The position numbers were made by a program, and so were the translations under genes. A DNA stretch of 64,000 bases from Escherichia coli (GTDB taxonomy: Bacteria > Pseudomonadota > Gammaproteobacteria > Enterobacterales > Enterobacteriaceae): the NCBI RefSeq assembly GCF_003334305.1, contig NZ_QOWS01000015.1. The stretch is one strand, 5' to 3'. This document shows positions 15,483 through 29,982 of the stretch, one piece after another. Every line of letters begins with the position of its first letter. Position 1 is the first letter of the stretch. Below the pieces are notes generated by a model that ran no database searches, had not been told where the DNA came from, and saw nothing but the letters and a program-made list of their open reading frames with translations.

Positions 15483-16925
15483 TTACTCTACCGTTAAAAT
15501 ACGCGTGGTATTAGTAGAACCCACGGTACTCATCACGTCGCCCTGGGTGACAATCACCAGGTCACCAGACATCAAGTAACCTTTATCGCGCAGCAGATTA
15601 ACCGCTTCGCTGGCAGCTGCTACGCCGTCATTAGCGCTATCAAAGTGCACCGGCGTAACGCCACGATAGAGAGCAGTCAGGTTCAGCGTACGTTCATGGC
15701 GCGACATGGCGAAAATTGGTAGACCAGAGCTGATACGGGAGGTCATCAGCGCGGTACGACCCGATTCGGTCATGGTAATAATCGCCGTAACGCCTTTCAG
15801 GTGGTTAGCTGCGTACATTGCTGACATGGCAATAGCTTCTTCCACATTGTCGAACTGAACGTCCAGACGGTGTTTAGAAACGTTGATGCTCGGGATTTTT
15901 TCCGCACCCAGGCAAACGCGCGCCATGGCTGCAACAGTTTCTGACGGATACTGCCCTGCGGCAGTTTCTGCAGACAGCATCACAGCGTCAGTACCATCCA
16001 GAACGGCGTTTGCTACGTCCATGACTTCTGCACGCGTCGGCATCGGGTTAGTAATCATTGACTCCATCATCTGGGTCGCCGTGATTACCGCTCGGTTTAG
16101 CTGACGCGCACGACGGATCAACGCTTTCTGAATGCCGACCAGTTCCGGGTCGCCAATTTCCACACCGAGGTCGCCACGTGCAACCATTACCACGTCAGAG
16201 GCGAGGATGATGTCATCCATTGCATCCTGGCTGCAAACGGCTTCCGCACGTTCAACCTTGGCAACAATTTTCGCATCACATCCTGCATCGCGTGCCAGCC
16301 GACGGGCATAGTTCAGATCTTCGCCACAGCGTGGGAAGGAGACAGCCAGGTAATCTACGCCAATCAACGCCGCAGTCTTAATGTCTGCTTTGTCTTTTTC
16401 GGTCAGCGCTTCAGCCGACAAACCGCCGCCAAGTTTGTTGATACCTTTATTGTTGGAGAGGGGACCACCGACGGTGACTTCGGTGAACACTTTCATGCCC
16501 TGAACTTCCAGTACTTTTAACTGGACGCGACCATCGTCCAGCAGCAGGATGTCACCAGGCACGACGTCAGCAGGCAGGCCTTTGTAGTCGATACCGACTT
16601 TTTCTTTGTCGCCTTCACCTTTACCCAGGTTGGCGTCGAGCAGGAATTTATCCCCAATATTGAGGAAAACTTTGCCTTCTTTAAAGGTGGATACACGGAT
16701 TTTGGGCCCCTGGAGGTCACCCAGAATAGCCACATGACGCCCCAGTTTTGCGGCAATCTCACGAACTTTATCCGCGCGCATTTTGTGATCTTCAGGCGAG
16801 CCGTGAGAAAAGTTCATACGTACAACGTTGGCACCTGCCGCGATAACTTTTTCAAGGTTATTATCGCGATCTGTTGCTGGGCCTAACGTGGTAACGATTT
16901 TTGTTCTGCGAAGCCTTCTGGACAT
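15483..16925 (-). CDS. pykA: pyruvate kinase II
   Basis: 480-aa product from ATG (cat 16923-16925; [19 protein letters not shown]); the track ORF is 5'-extended. Confidence 0.95.
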
Positions 16926-17052
16926 GTAATACTCCGTTGACTGAAACAACCAGGTGTTGCTTGAACATGAAATCCGAATGAAATAACGCCGCGATGGCGA
17001 TAAATTAATCTCATTCGGATGTCGTATAAGATTAGGACAGTGACAGTCGTTT

Positions 17053-17922
17053 TTAGCGATCGTCACTTAAATTAAGTAACTGCTTATCAAAACGCGATTC
17101 CTTCAGCGCTTCCTTGACCCGCTTCAAGTTATCTCTGAATTTTGCACCGCGTCGCAAAGTAAATCCTGTCGCCAGCACATCTATCACGGTCAGCTGTGCA
17201 AGTCGAGAAACCATGGGCATATAAATGTCAGTATCTTCCGGTACGTCGAGGGTAATTGCCAGCGTTGCTTCCCGGGCGAGCGGGGTACCCGCAGAGGTGA
17301 GGGCAATCACCATGGCGTCGTTTTCGCGAGCCAGCTGCGCCAGCTCGACCAGATTTTTTGTTCTTCCAGTGTGAGAAATCAGCACCACCACGTCTCCGTC
17401 GCTACAATTCATACAACTCATGCGTTGCAGCACGATATCATCGGAGTACACCACCGGAACATTAAAACGAAAGAACTTATTCATCGCATCGTGGGCAACG
17501 GCGGCTGAAGAGCCTAATCCGAAAAAGGCGATTTTTTTTGCCTGAGTGAGCAAGTCGACGGCGCGGTTGATGGCAGATTTATCCAGTGAATGACGGACAT
17601 GATCAAGCGTTGCCATTGCGGACTCAAATATTTTCCCTGTGTATGATTCAACGCTGTCATCTTCATTGACATTGCGATTAACATAGGGAGTGCCATTCGC
17701 CAGACTCTGTGCCAGATGAAGTTTAAAATCAGGAAAACCGCGCGTGTCCATGCTGCGACAGAAACGATTCACCGTCGGTTCGCTAACATTGGCTTCCAGT
17801 GCCATAGCAGCAATACTCGAATGGATCGCGTTATCGGGCGAAGCCAGAATGACCTCGGCAACTTTGCGCTCTGATTTGCTCAAATGTTCCAGCTGAGACT
17901 GGATTTTTTCCAGCATATTCAT
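17053..17922 (-). CDS. hexR: RpiR-family transcriptional regulator HexR (HTH + SIS domain)
   Basis: 289-aa ORF; divergent from zwf. Confidence 0.9.
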
Positions 17923-18135
17923 GATGTAAAGAGACTCACGGGTAATGACGATTTCCGCACTGAAAGAAATCGAAATGCAGTTTTGTCAGATATTACGCCT
18001 GTGTGCCGTGTTAATGACAAAAGCAGATAAAAAAGTTGTTATTTTTTTTCATAACATGATCAGTGTCAGATTTTTACCCAATGGAAAACGATGATTTTTT
18101 TATCAGTTTTGCCGCACTTTGCGCGCTTTTCCCGT

Positions 18136-18160
18136 AATCGCACGGGTGGATAAGCGTTTA
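18136..18160 (+). promoter_or_regulatory. putative SoxS/MarA/Rob (mar-box) site upstream of zwf
   Basis: AATCGCACGGGTGGATAAGCGTTTA resembles the mar/sox box (GCAC..N..AAA-type); about 100 nt upstream of the zwf ATG. Confidence 0.3.
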
Positions 18161-18259
18161 CAGTTTTCGCAAGCTCGTAAAAGCAGTACAGTGCACCGTA
18201 AGAAAATTACAAGTATACCCTGGCTTAAGTACCGGGTTAGTTAACTTAAGGAGAATGAC

Positions 18260-19735
18260 ATGGCGGTAACGCAAACAGCCCAGGCCTGTGACCTGGTCAT
18301 TTTCGGCGCGAAAGGCGACCTTGCGCGTCGTAAATTGCTGCCTTCCCTGTATCAACTGGAAAAAGCCGGTCAGCTCAACCCGGACACCCGGATTATCGGC
18401 GTAGGGCGTGCTGACTGGGATAAAGCGGCTTATACCAAAGTTGTCCGCGAGGCGCTCGAAACTTTCATGAAAGAAACCATTGATGAAGGTTTATGGGACA
18501 CCCTAAGTGCACGTCTGGATTTTTGTAATCTCGATGTCAATGACACTGCTGCATTCAGCCGTCTCGGCGCGATGCTGGATCAAAAAAATCGTATCACCAT
18601 TAACTACTTTGCCATGCCGCCCAGCACTTTTGGCGCAATTTGCAAAGGGCTTGGTGAGGCAAAACTGAATGCTAAACCGGCACGCGTAGTCATGGAGAAA
18701 CCGCTGGGGACGTCGCTGGCGACCTCGCGGGAAATCAACGATCAGGTTGGCGAATACTTCGAGGAGTGCCAGGTTTACCGTATCGACCACTATCTTGGTA
18801 AAGAAACAGTGCTGAACCTGTTGGCGCTGCGTTTTGCTAACTCTCTGTTTGTGAATAACTGGGACAATCGCACCATTGATCATGTTGAGATTACCGTGGC
18901 AGAAGAAGTGGGGATCGAAGGGCGCTGGGGCTATTTTGATAAAGCCGGTCAGATGCGCGATATGATCCAAAACCACCTGCTGCAAATTCTCTGCATGATT
19001 GCGATGTCTCCGCCGTCTGACCTGAGCGCAGACAGCATCCGCGATGAAAAAGTGAAAGTACTGAAGTCTCTGCGCCGCATCGACCGCTCCAACGTACGCG
19101 AAAAAACCGTACGCGGGCAATATACTGCGGGCTTCGCCCAGGGCAAAAAAGTGCCGGGATATCTGGAAGAAGAGGGCGCGAACAAGAGCAGCAATACAGA
19201 AACCTTCGTAGCGATCCGCGTCGACATTGATAACTGGCGCTGGGCCGGTGTGCCATTCTACCTTCGTACTGGTAAACGTCTGCCGACCAAATGTTCTGAA
19301 GTCGTGGTCTATTTCAAAACACCTGAACTGAATCTGTTTAAAGAATCGTGGCAGGATCTGCCGCAGAATAAACTGACTATCCGTCTGCAACCTGATGAAG
19401 GCGTGGATATCCAGGTACTGAATAAAGTTCCTGGCCTTGACCACAAACATAACCTGCAAATCACCAAGCTGGATCTGAGCTATTCAGAAACCTTTAATCA
19501 GACGCATCTGGCGGATGCCTATGAACGTTTGCTGCTGGAAACCATGCGTGGTATTCAGGCACTGTTTGTTCGTCGCGACGAAGTGGAAGAAGCCTGGAAA
19601 TGGGTAGACTCCATTACTGAGGCGTGGGCGATGGACAATGATGCGCCGAAACCGTATCAGGCCGGAACCTGGGGACCCGTTGCCTCGGTGGCGATGATTA
19701 CCCGTGATGGTCGTTCCTGGAATGAGTTTGAGTAA
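18260..19735 (+). CDS. zwf: glucose-6-phosphate 1-dehydrogenase
   Basis: 491 aa; G6PD signature RIDHYLGKE. Confidence 0.97.
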   Translation: MAVTQTAQACDLVIFGAKGDLARRKLLPSLYQLEKAGQLNPDTRIIGVGRADWDKAAYTKVVREALETFMKETIDEGLWDTLSARLDFCNLDVNDTAAFSRLGAMLDQKNRITINYFAMPPSTFGAICKGLGEAKLNAKPARVVMEKPLGTSLATSREINDQVGEYFEECQVYRIDHYLGKETVLNLLALRFANSLFVNNWDNRTIDHVEITVAEEVGIEGRWGYFDKAGQMRDMIQNHLLQILCMIAMSPPSDLSADSIRDEKVKVLKSLRRIDRSNVREKTVRGQYTAGFAQGKKVPGYLEEEGANKSSNTETFVAIRVDIDNWRWAGVPFYLRTGKRLPTKCSEVVVYFKTPELNLFKESWQDLPQNKLTIRLQPDEGVDIQVLNKVPGLDHKHNLQITKLDLSYSETFNQTHLADAYERLLLETMRGIQALFVRRDEVEEAWKWVDSITEAWAMDNDAPKPYQAGTWGPVASVAMITRDGRSWNEFE

Positions 19736-19814
19736 TATCTGCGCTTATCCTTTATGGTTATTTTACCGGTAACATGATCTTGCACAGATTGTAGAACAAT
19801 TTTTACACTTTCAG

Positions 19815-19847
19815 GCCTCGTGCGGATTCACCCACGAGGCTTTTTTT
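19815..19847 (+). terminator. rho-independent terminator after zwf
   Basis: GCCTCGTG-cggattcaccc-CACGAGGC followed by TTTTTTT. Confidence 0.7.
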
Positions 19848-19969
19848 ATTACACTGACTGAAACGTTTTTGCCCTATGAGCTCCGGTTACAGGCGTTTCA
19901 GTCATAAATCCTCTGAATGAAACGCGTTGTGAATCATCCTGCTCTGACAACTCAATTTCAGGAGCCTTT

Positions 19970-21781
19970 ATGAATCCACAATTGTTACGCGTAACAAATC
20001 GAATCATTGAACGTTCGCGCGAGACTCGCTCTGCTTATCTCGCCCGGATAGAACAAGCGAAAACTTCGACCGTTCATCGTTCGCAGTTGGCATGCGGTAA
20101 CCTGGCACACGGTTTCGCTGCCTGCCAGCCAGAAGACAAAGCCTCTTTGAAAAGCATGTTGCGTAACAATATCGCCATCATCACCTCCTATAACGACATG
20201 CTCTCCGCGCACCAGCCTTATGAACACTATCCAGAAATCATTCGTAAAGCCCTGCATGAAGCGAATGCGGTTGGTCAGGTTGCGGGCGGTGTTCCGGCGA
20301 TGTGTGATGGTGTCACCCAGGGGCAGGATGGAATGGAATTGTCGCTGCTAAGCCGCGAAGTGATAGCGATGTCTGCGGCGGTCGGGCTGTCCCATAACAT
20401 GTTTGATGGTGCTCTGTTCCTCGGTGTGTGCGACAAGATTGTCCCGGGTCTGACGATGGCAGCCCTGTCGTTTGGTCATTTGCCTGCGGTGTTTGTGCCG
20501 TCTGGACCGATGGCAAGCGGTTTGCCAAATAAAGAAAAAGTGCGTATTCGCCAGCTTTATGCCGAAGGTAAAGTGGACCGCATGGCCTTACTGGAGTCAG
20601 AAGCCGCGTCTTACCATGCGCCGGGAACATGTACTTTCTACGGTACTGCCAACACCAACCAGATGGTGGTGGAATTTATGGGGATGCAGTTGCCAGGCTC
20701 TTCTTTTGTTCATCCGGATTCTCCGCTGCGCGATGCTTTGACCGCTGCCGCTGCGCGTCAGGTTACACGCATGACCGGTAATGGTAATGAATGGATGCCG
20801 ATCGGTAAGATGATCGATGAGAAAGTGGTGGTGAACGGTATCGTTGCACTGCTGGCGACCGGTGGTTCCACTAACCACACCATGCACCTGGTGGCGATGG
20901 CGCGCGCGGCCGGTATTCAGATTAACTGGGATGACTTCTCTGACCTTTCTGATGTTGTACCGCTGATGGCACGTCTCTACCCGAACGGTCCGGCCGATAT
21001 TAACCACTTCCAGGCGGCAGGTGGCGTACCGGTTCTGGTGCGTGAACTGCTCAAAGCAGGCCTGCTGCATGAAGATGTCAATACGGTGGCAGGCTTTGGT
21101 CTGTCTCGTTATACCCTTGAACCATGGCTGAATAATGGTGAACTGGACTGGCGGGAAGGGGCGGAAAAATCACTCGACAGCAATGTGATCGCTTCCTTCG
21201 AACAACCTTTCTCTCATCATGGTGGGACAAAAGTGTTAAGCGGTAACCTGGGCCGTGCGGTTATGAAAACCTCTGCCGTGCCGGTTGAGAACCAGGTGAT
21301 TGAAGCGCCAGCGGTTGTTTTTGAAAGCCAGCATGACGTTATGCCGGCCTTTGAAGCGGGTTTGCTGGACCGCGATTGTGTCGTTGTTGTCCGTCATCAG
21401 GGGCCAAAAGCGAACGGAATGCCAGAATTACATAAACTCATGCCGCCACTTGGTGTATTATTGGACCGGTGTTTCAAAATTGCGTTAGTTACCGATGGAC
21501 GACTCTCCGGCGCTTCAGGTAAAGTGCCGTCAGCTATCCACGTAACACCAGAAGCCTACGATGGCGGGCTGCTGGCAAAAGTGCGCGACGGGGACATCAT
21601 TCGTGTGAATGGACAGACAGGCGAACTGACGCTGCTGGTAGACGAAGCGGAACTGGCTGCTCGCGAACCGCGCATTCCTGACCTGAGCGCGTCACGCGTG
21701 GGGACAGGACGTGAATTATTCAGCGCCTTGCGTGAAAAACTGTCCGGTGCCGAACAGGGCGCAACCTGTATCACTTTTTAA
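19970..21781 (+). CDS. edd: phosphogluconate dehydratase (Entner-Doudoroff)
   Basis: 603 aa; ILVD/EDD dehydratase family, CDKIVPG motif. Confidence 0.97.
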   Translation: MNPQLLRVTNRIIERSRETRSAYLARIEQAKTSTVHRSQLACGNLAHGFAACQPEDKASLKSMLRNNIAIITSYNDMLSAHQPYEHYPEIIRKALHEANAVGQVAGGVPAMCDGVTQGQDGMELSLLSREVIAMSAAVGLSHNMFDGALFLGVCDKIVPGLTMAALSFGHLPAVFVPSGPMASGLPNKEKVRIRQLYAEGKVDRMALLESEAASYHAPGTCTFYGTANTNQMVVEFMGMQLPGSSFVHPDSPLRDALTAAAARQVTRMTGNGNEWMPIGKMIDEKVVVNGIVALLATGGSTNHTMHLVAMARAAGIQINWDDFSDLSDVVPLMARLYPNGPADINHFQAAGGVPVLVRELLKAGLLHEDVNTVAGFGLSRYTLEPWLNNGELDWREGAEKSLDSNVIASFEQPFSHHGGTKVLSGNLGRAVMKTSAVPVENQVIEAPAVVFESQHDVMPAFEAGLLDRDCVVVVRHQGPKANGMPELHKLMPPLGVLLDRCFKIALVTDGRLSGASGKVPSAIHVTPEAYDGGLLAKVRDGDIIRVNGQTGELTLLVDEAELAAREPRIPDLSASRVGTGRELFSALREKLSGAEQGATCITF

Positions 21782-21817
21782 GACGACAAATTTGTAATCA
21801 GGCGAGAGAAAACTCTG

Positions 21818-22459
21818 ATGAAAAACTGGAAAACAAGTGCAGAATCAATCCTGACCACCGGCCCGGTTGTACCGGTTATCGTGGTAAAAAAACTGGAACA
21901 CGCAGTGCCGATGGCAAAAGCGTTGGTTGCTGGTGGGGTGCGCGTTCTGGAAGTGACTCTGCGTACCGAGTGTGCAGTTGACGCTATCCGTGCTATCGCC
22001 AAAGAAGTGCCTGAAGCGATTGTGGGTGCCGGTACGGTGCTGAATCCACAGCAACTGGCAGAAGTCACTGAAGCGGGTGCACAGTTCGCAATTAGCCCGG
22101 GTCTGACCGAGCCGCTGCTGAAAGCTGCTACCGAAGGGACTATTCCTCTAATTCCGGGGATCAGCACTGTTTCCGAACTGATGCTGGGTATGGACTACGG
22201 TTTGAAAGAGTTCAAATTCTTCCCGGCTGAAGCTAACGGCGGCGTGAAAGCCCTGCAGGCGATCGCGGGTCCGTTCTCCCAGGTCCGTTTCTGCCCGACG
22301 GGTGGTATTTCTCCGGCTAACTACCGTGACTACCTGGCGCTGAAAAGCGTGCTGTGCATCGGTGGTTCCTGGCTGGTTCCGGCAGATGCGCTGGAAGCGG
22401 GCGATTACGACCGCATTACTAAGCTGGCGCGTGAAGCTGTAGAAGGCGCTAAGCTGTAA
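21818..22459 (+). CDS. eda: KDPG / KHG aldolase
   Basis: 213 aa; follows edd with a 36-nt gap; terminator immediately downstream. Confidence 0.97.
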
Positions 22460-22469
22460 AAGTCAAAAC

Positions 22470-22495
22470 GCCCGATCTACGATCGGGCATTTTTG
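22470..22495. terminator. bidirectional terminator between convergent eda and purT
   Basis: GCCCGATC-tac-GATCGGGC followed by ATTTTTG on plus and T-rich on minus. Confidence 0.7.
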
Positions 22496-22514
22496 TAGCG
22501 TTTTTTTGCCGGGT

Positions 22515-23693
22515 TTAACCCTGTACTTTTACCTGTCCGGCGGCGTGCTTCGCGCGTTCAATGGCGTCAACAACACTCTCAGCGGTCGCCAGCGCAACAC
22601 CCAGACGACGGCTGCCATCAATTTCCGGCTTACCAAATAAACGAATCTGCAAATCTGCGCCTACGGCATTCTGCACATTATCAAACGTGACATTCTGACT
22701 GGTCAGTTGTGGCAGAATAACGGCAGAAGCTGCAGGACCATACTGACGGATCCCGCCAACAGGAAGTCCGAGGAAGGCACGTACATGCAGGGCAAACTCT
22801 GAGAGATCTTGAGAAATTAACGTCACCATCCCGGTATCATGTGGACGAGGGGAGACCTCACTGAAAATCACCTCATCACCACAGACAAACAGCTCGACAC
22901 CAAACAGACCATAACCGCCCAGTGCCAGCACCACTTTACGGGCAATCTCCTGCGCACGTTCAAGGGCAAGCGGGCTCATTTGCTGTGGTTGCCAGGATTC
23001 ACGGTAGTCGCCATCTTCCTGGCGATGACCTACTGGTGCACAGAAATGGACGCCATCCACCGCGCTGACGGTTAGCAGGGTAATTTCGAAGTCAAACTTA
23101 ACGACGCCTTCAACAATTACGCGGCCCGCTCCGGCGCGACCGCCTTGCTGAGCGTATTCCCATGCCTGAGCAAGTTGCTCTGCAGAACGAATAAACGTCT
23201 GCCCCTTGCCGGAAGAGCTCATCACCGGTTTTACAATGCAGGGATAGCCAATGGCGGCAACCGCCTCGCGGAAAAGGCTTTCGCTATCGGCAAAACGATA
23301 AGTGGAAGTGGGCAGCTGCAGCTCTTCTGCCGCCAGGCGACGGATACCCTCGCGATTCATCGTTAATTTCGTTGCGCGAGCGCAGGGGACAACATTCAGT
23401 CCTTCCTCTTCAAGTTGGATCAGCATATCGGTGGCAATAGCTTCGATCTCCGGCACGATATAATGTGGTTTTTCCAGTTCAACCACACGGCGTAATGCAT
23501 CACCATCAAGCATATTAATGACATGGGAGCGATGCGCGACATGCATGGCTGGTGCGTCGGCATAGCGATCGACGGCAATCACCTCTACGCCGAGACGCTG
23601 ACACTCGATTGCCACTTCTTTACCCAGTTCACCGGAGCCTAATAACATCACGCGAGTTGCTGCCGGACGCAGCGCAGTGCCTAATAACGTCAT
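22515..23693 (-). CDS. purT: formate-dependent phosphoribosylglycinamide formyltransferase (ATP-grasp)
   Basis: 392 aa; ATG (cat 23691-23693); PurR box 38 nt upstream. Confidence 0.95.
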   Translation of the reverse strand: MTLLGTALRPAATRVMLLGSGELGKEVAIECQRLGVEVIAVDRYADAPAMHVAHRSHVINMLDGDALRRVVELEKPHYIVPEIEAIATDMLIQLEEEGLNVVPCARATKLTMNREGIRRLAAEELQLPTSTYRFADSESLFREAVAAIGYPCIVKPVMSSSGKGQTFIRSAEQLAQAWEYAQQGGRAGAGRVIVEGVVKFDFEITLLTVSAVDGVHFCAPVGHRQEDGDYRESWQPQQMSPLALERAQEIARKVVLALGGYGLFGVELFVCGDEVIFSEVSPRPHDTGMVTLISQDLSEFALHVRAFLGLPVGGIRQYGPAASAVILPQLTSQNVTFDNVQNAVGADLQIRLFGKPEIDGSRRLGVALATAESVVDAIERAKHAAGQVKVQG

Positions 23694-23730
23694 AACGAAT
23701 ATCCCCTGATTAATTCCGCGCGCAGTATAA

Positions 23731-23746
23731 ACGAAAACGTTTGCGT
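23731..23746. promoter_or_regulatory. PurR operator of purT
   Basis: ACGAAAACGTTTGCGT; its reverse complement ACGCAAACGTTTTCGT is a perfect match to the 16-bp PurR consensus; 38 nt upstream of the purT ATG. Confidence 0.75.
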
Positions 23747-23789
23747 GTGTCTTTATTGCTGATGTTGATTTCTCAACCGAAAAGAAATA

Positions 23790-23809
23790 TACTGTATAAA
23801 ATCACAGTT
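23790..23809 (+). promoter_or_regulatory. LexA operator (SOS box) of yebG
   Basis: TACTGTATAAAATCACAGTT (CTGT-N8-ACAG) 18 nt upstream of the yebG ATG. Confidence 0.75.
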
Positions 23810-23826
23810 ATTATGAGAGGCTGCAA

Positions 23827-24117
23827 ATGGCGGTTGAAGTTAAATACGTAGTCATTCGTGAGGGCGAAGAGAAAATGTCGTTTACCAGCAAAAAGGAAGC
23901 CGATGCTTATGATAAAATGCTTGATACGGCGGATCTGCTTGACACCTGGCTGACAAATTCTCCAGTGCAAATGGAAGACGAGCAACGTGAAGCCCTTTCG
24001 CTATGGCTGGCAGAACAAAAAGATGTGCTGAGCACCATTCTGAAAACCGGCAAATTACCGTCCCCACAGGTCGTCGGTGCTGAATCCGAAGAGGAAGATG
24101 CCTCACACGCGGCCTGA
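23827..24117 (+). CDS. yebG: SOS-inducible protein YebG
   Basis: 96-aa ORF; LexA box 18 nt upstream of the ATG. Confidence 0.85.
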   Translation: MAVEVKYVVIREGEEKMSFTSKKEADAYDKMLDTADLLDTWLTNSPVQMEDEQREALSLWLAEQKDVLSTILKTGKLPSPQVVGAESEEEDASHAA

Positions 24118-24135
24118 AGCAACTTGCGCTCCTGA

Positions 24136-24540
<405 letters not shown>

Positions 24541-24566
24541 TGGCTTCTGATAATTCGATTGACCGT

Positions 24567-24598
24567 TGGCGGATGCGGCGCGAGTGCCTTGTCCGCCC
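24567..24598. repeat. degenerate REP-like palindrome between yebF and yebE
   Basis: TGGCGGATGCGGCGCGAGTGCCTTGTCCGCC resembles the REP consensus. Confidence 0.4.
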
Positions 24599-24866
24599 CA
24601 GAACGCACCACAATCGTAGGCCTGAGAAGACGCAACAGCGTCGCATCGGGCAATCAGCATCAAACAATGCCACTCAAAACGACAAACTACTTTCACCTAA
24701 AATACCCTTATCACCTGATATACAGTAAATACCTTACCTGGCGCGAATTTCTTTGAATAACGGCCTACCGCCCCGCTTATTTGCGCATCTTTTGTCTCGA
24801 TATACATTTTCTGACATCCTCATCCGCTATGCTACAGGCACTAAAAATGGTTATTGAGGAGCAAAT

Positions 24867-25526
24867 ATGGCTAACTGGTTAAATCAACTGCAATCCCTGC
24901 TTGGGCAAAGCAGTTCTTCTACCTCCTCGTCTGCGGATCAGGGATTGGGCAAGCTGTTAGTGCCAGGCGCATTAGGCGGACTGGCTGGGCTGCTGGTCGC
25001 AAATAAATCAGCACGTAAACTTCTTACGAAATATGGCACCAACGCGTTACTGGTTGGCGGCGGAGCGGTAGCGGGTACGGTGCTGTGGAATAAATACAAA
25101 GATAAAATTCGCGCGGCGCATCAGGACGAACCGCAGTTTGGCGCGCAAAGTACGCCGCTGGATGAGCGTACAGAACGTTTGATCCTTGCGCTGGTCTTTG
25201 CCGCTAAAAGTGATGGTCATATTGATGCCAAAGAACGTGCGGCAATCGACCAGCAATTGCGTGAAGCCGGCGTGGAAGAGCAGGGGCGTGTACTCATTGA
25301 GCAGGCAATCGAACAACCGCTGGATCCACAACGCCTGGCTACCGGGGTCCGCAATGAAGAAGAGGCGCTGGAAATCTATTTCCTGAGTTGCGCGGCTATT
25401 GATATTGACCATTTTATGGAACGCAGTTACCTGAATGCACTGGGTGACGCGCTGAAAATCCCCCAGGATGTTCGTGACGGCATTGAACGCGATCTCGAAC
25501 AGCAAAAACGCACTTTGGCGGAATAA
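24867..25526 (+). CDS. yebE: DUF533-family inner membrane protein
   Basis: 219-aa ORF; N-terminal Ser-rich stretch then hydrophobic segment. Confidence 0.8.
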   Translation: MANWLNQLQSLLGQSSSSTSSSADQGLGKLLVPGALGGLAGLLVANKSARKLLTKYGTNALLVGGGAVAGTVLWNKYKDKIRAAHQDEPQFGAQSTPLDERTERLILALVFAAKSDGHIDAKERAAIDQQLREAGVEEQGRVLIEQAIEQPLDPQRLATGVRNEEEALEIYFLSCAAIDIDHFMERSYLNALGDALKIPQDVRDGIERDLEQQKRTLAE

Positions 25527-25707
25527 TTCCGCTCTCTGGATAGCCTGAAGTTGACTATTTCGGGCTATCCAGAATCGCACAGCCATTTGAACAGGCTGAT
25601 TTTCTCTGTCTGCATAACATTCGATATCCGCGCCATTACCTGTCATCATCTAAGCAATGACTCCCCTGTTTCGCTTGCATCCCCGGTGAGTTTTGCCACC
25701 CTTATAA

Positions 25708-28454
<2,747 letters not shown>

Positions 28455-28477
28455 GGCATGCTCCAGGCCGAAAAAGC

Positions 28478-29134
28478 CTAGCGTAATGGAATGATATCGC
28501 CTTGCCAACCCTGTGATGAACGCTGACCGACTAACAATAATGAACCACGATCGGCGCGAACGATGAGACGACCATATTCATCCCATAGTGCACTGTTACC
28601 ACGGGCATTTGCCATCAGCACGGCAATCGAGTACTGATGTGAAAAAAATTGTAAGCGACGGGCCGACGCCAGCAGGTCGGGTTCTCCCAGACATTGCCCT
28701 GTAGTAAACAGTGAACAGGTCGGGTCCATATCCATACCTTGCGGTTGTTCATCGACCACCGTGATGGTTCTGGAACGACGGCCCAGACATGCACCATGAC
28801 TCTGATGGTAGATCCCAGGCGTTTTTCGCCACGGTGCGAACACCGCAATTCCACGAATAAAGCGATCGTTATATTCAACGGGAAGGCCGGCAATGATGGT
28901 CATTCGCCAGGTCGTTGCGGCATAACAAAGCGGGTCTAACAGTGAGAGATCGGGTGGGGCAGGAAGGGCACGTCGCGAATAATCACACCCCAGTAAAGAA
29001 AGCGATGGAAAAACTAACAGCTGACATTGTTGCCTGGCGGCGGCCCTCACAAACTCCAGATGATGAGCTACCTGTTCGGTGAGTGAGGTTTTACGAGGCT
29101 CATATTGCGCTGCTGCAACTTTCCAGAACGACAT
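28478..29134 (-). CDS. yobB: carbon-nitrogen hydrolase (nitrilase superfamily) family protein
   Basis: 218-aa ORF between holE and exoX; nitrilase-like motif context LLVFPSLSLLGC. Confidence 0.8.
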   Translation of the reverse strand: MSFWKVAAAQYEPRKTSLTEQVAHHLEFVRAAARQQCQLLVFPSLSLLGCDYSRRALPAPPDLSLLDPLCYAATTWRMTIIAGLPVEYNDRFIRGIAVFAPWRKTPGIYHQSHGACLGRRSRTITVVDEQPQGMDMDPTCSLFTTGQCLGEPDLLASARRLQFFSHQYSIAVLMANARGNSALWDEYGRLIVRADRGSLLLVGQRSSQGWQGDIIPLR

Positions 29135-29235
29135 AATGACTTCCTTTTCAAAATGACTGCAAATTATGGGTGCGGTTTAGAAAATACTCATAATTTAGCA
29201 GGCGTTATGTAAGAAAGTGTAACTCTGTATAAGTT

Positions 29236-29466
29236 TTATTTAAGTTTGGGCTCGTAAGGTAAACGTGACAGATTGACCGAAGCCAAACGGTGGGCAATAA
29301 GCCGCTCGCGAAACCAGCTGCGCAAATGTTCAGGCTGTTCACGTTCAACCGCTTCAGCGATCACCGGCATATTGTAGCGTTCTTTAAATGCCACCCCGGC
29401 CGCCGCCAAATCGACATTCACTTTATCCATTTCTGTTTGATCCAGTTTAGCCAGATTCTTCAGCAT
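29236..29466 (-). CDS. holE: DNA polymerase III theta subunit
   Basis: 76-aa product from ATG (cat 29464-29466; [27 protein letters not shown]); the track ORF is 5'-extended. Confidence 0.85.
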
Positions 29467-29604
29467 TCTTAATCTCCTCATCATTCGCGGGCAAAAGTTA
29501 CTAAGAGTGAGCCAGGATGGCAAGCCGGAATTGATGATCCTCGACTCAGACATTAGACAAGGTTATGCTCTGTAAAAAAGTTATTACAAAAAGGAATAGA
29601 TAAT

Positions 29605-29979
29605 ATGGCTTCAACTGCACGCTCCCTTCGCTACGCGCTGGCAATCCTGACCACTTCGTTGGTGACACCTTCCGTCTGGGCACATGCGCATTTAACGCAT
29701 CAGTATCCTGCGGCAAACGCGCAAGTGACAGCTGCACCGCAGGCAATCACTTTAAACTTCTCGGAAGGTGTTGAAACAGGATTCAGTGGTGCAAAAATCA
29801 CGGGGCCAAAAAACGAAAATATTAAAACATTACCGGCGAAGCGAAATGAGCAGGACCAAAAGCAACTGATTGTTCCACTGGCCGATTCGCTGAAACCCGG
29901 AACCTACACCGTTGACTGGCATGTTGTTTCGGTGGACGGGCATAAAACGAAAGGACACTACACCTTTAGCGTGAAATAA
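29605..29979 (+). CDS. yobA: CopC-family periplasmic copper-binding protein
   Basis: 124 aa; signal peptide then HAHLTHQYP N-terminal His site. Confidence 0.85.
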   Translation: MASTARSLRYALAILTTSLVTPSVWAHAHLTHQYPAANAQVTAAPQAITLNFSEGVETGFSGAKITGPKNENIKTLPAKRNEQDQKQLIVPLADSLKPGTYTVDWHVVSVDGHKTKGHYTFSVK

Positions 29980-29982
29980 ATC

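Noticed and set aside
18503-19459. 318-aa ORF antisense to zwf; similar long antisense ORFs at 4220-4813 (in aspS), 6405-7124 (in yebC), 25918-26601 (in ptrB), 42172-42825 (in htpX), 50633-51394 (in manY), 53971-54528 (in yoaE) and 62618-63133 (in yoaA)
   Set aside because: Each lies opposite a strongly recognisable conserved protein gene, has Cys/His/Arg-rich low-complexity translations typical of antisense frames in GC-rich coding DNA, and lacks start context; treated as non-coding shadows.
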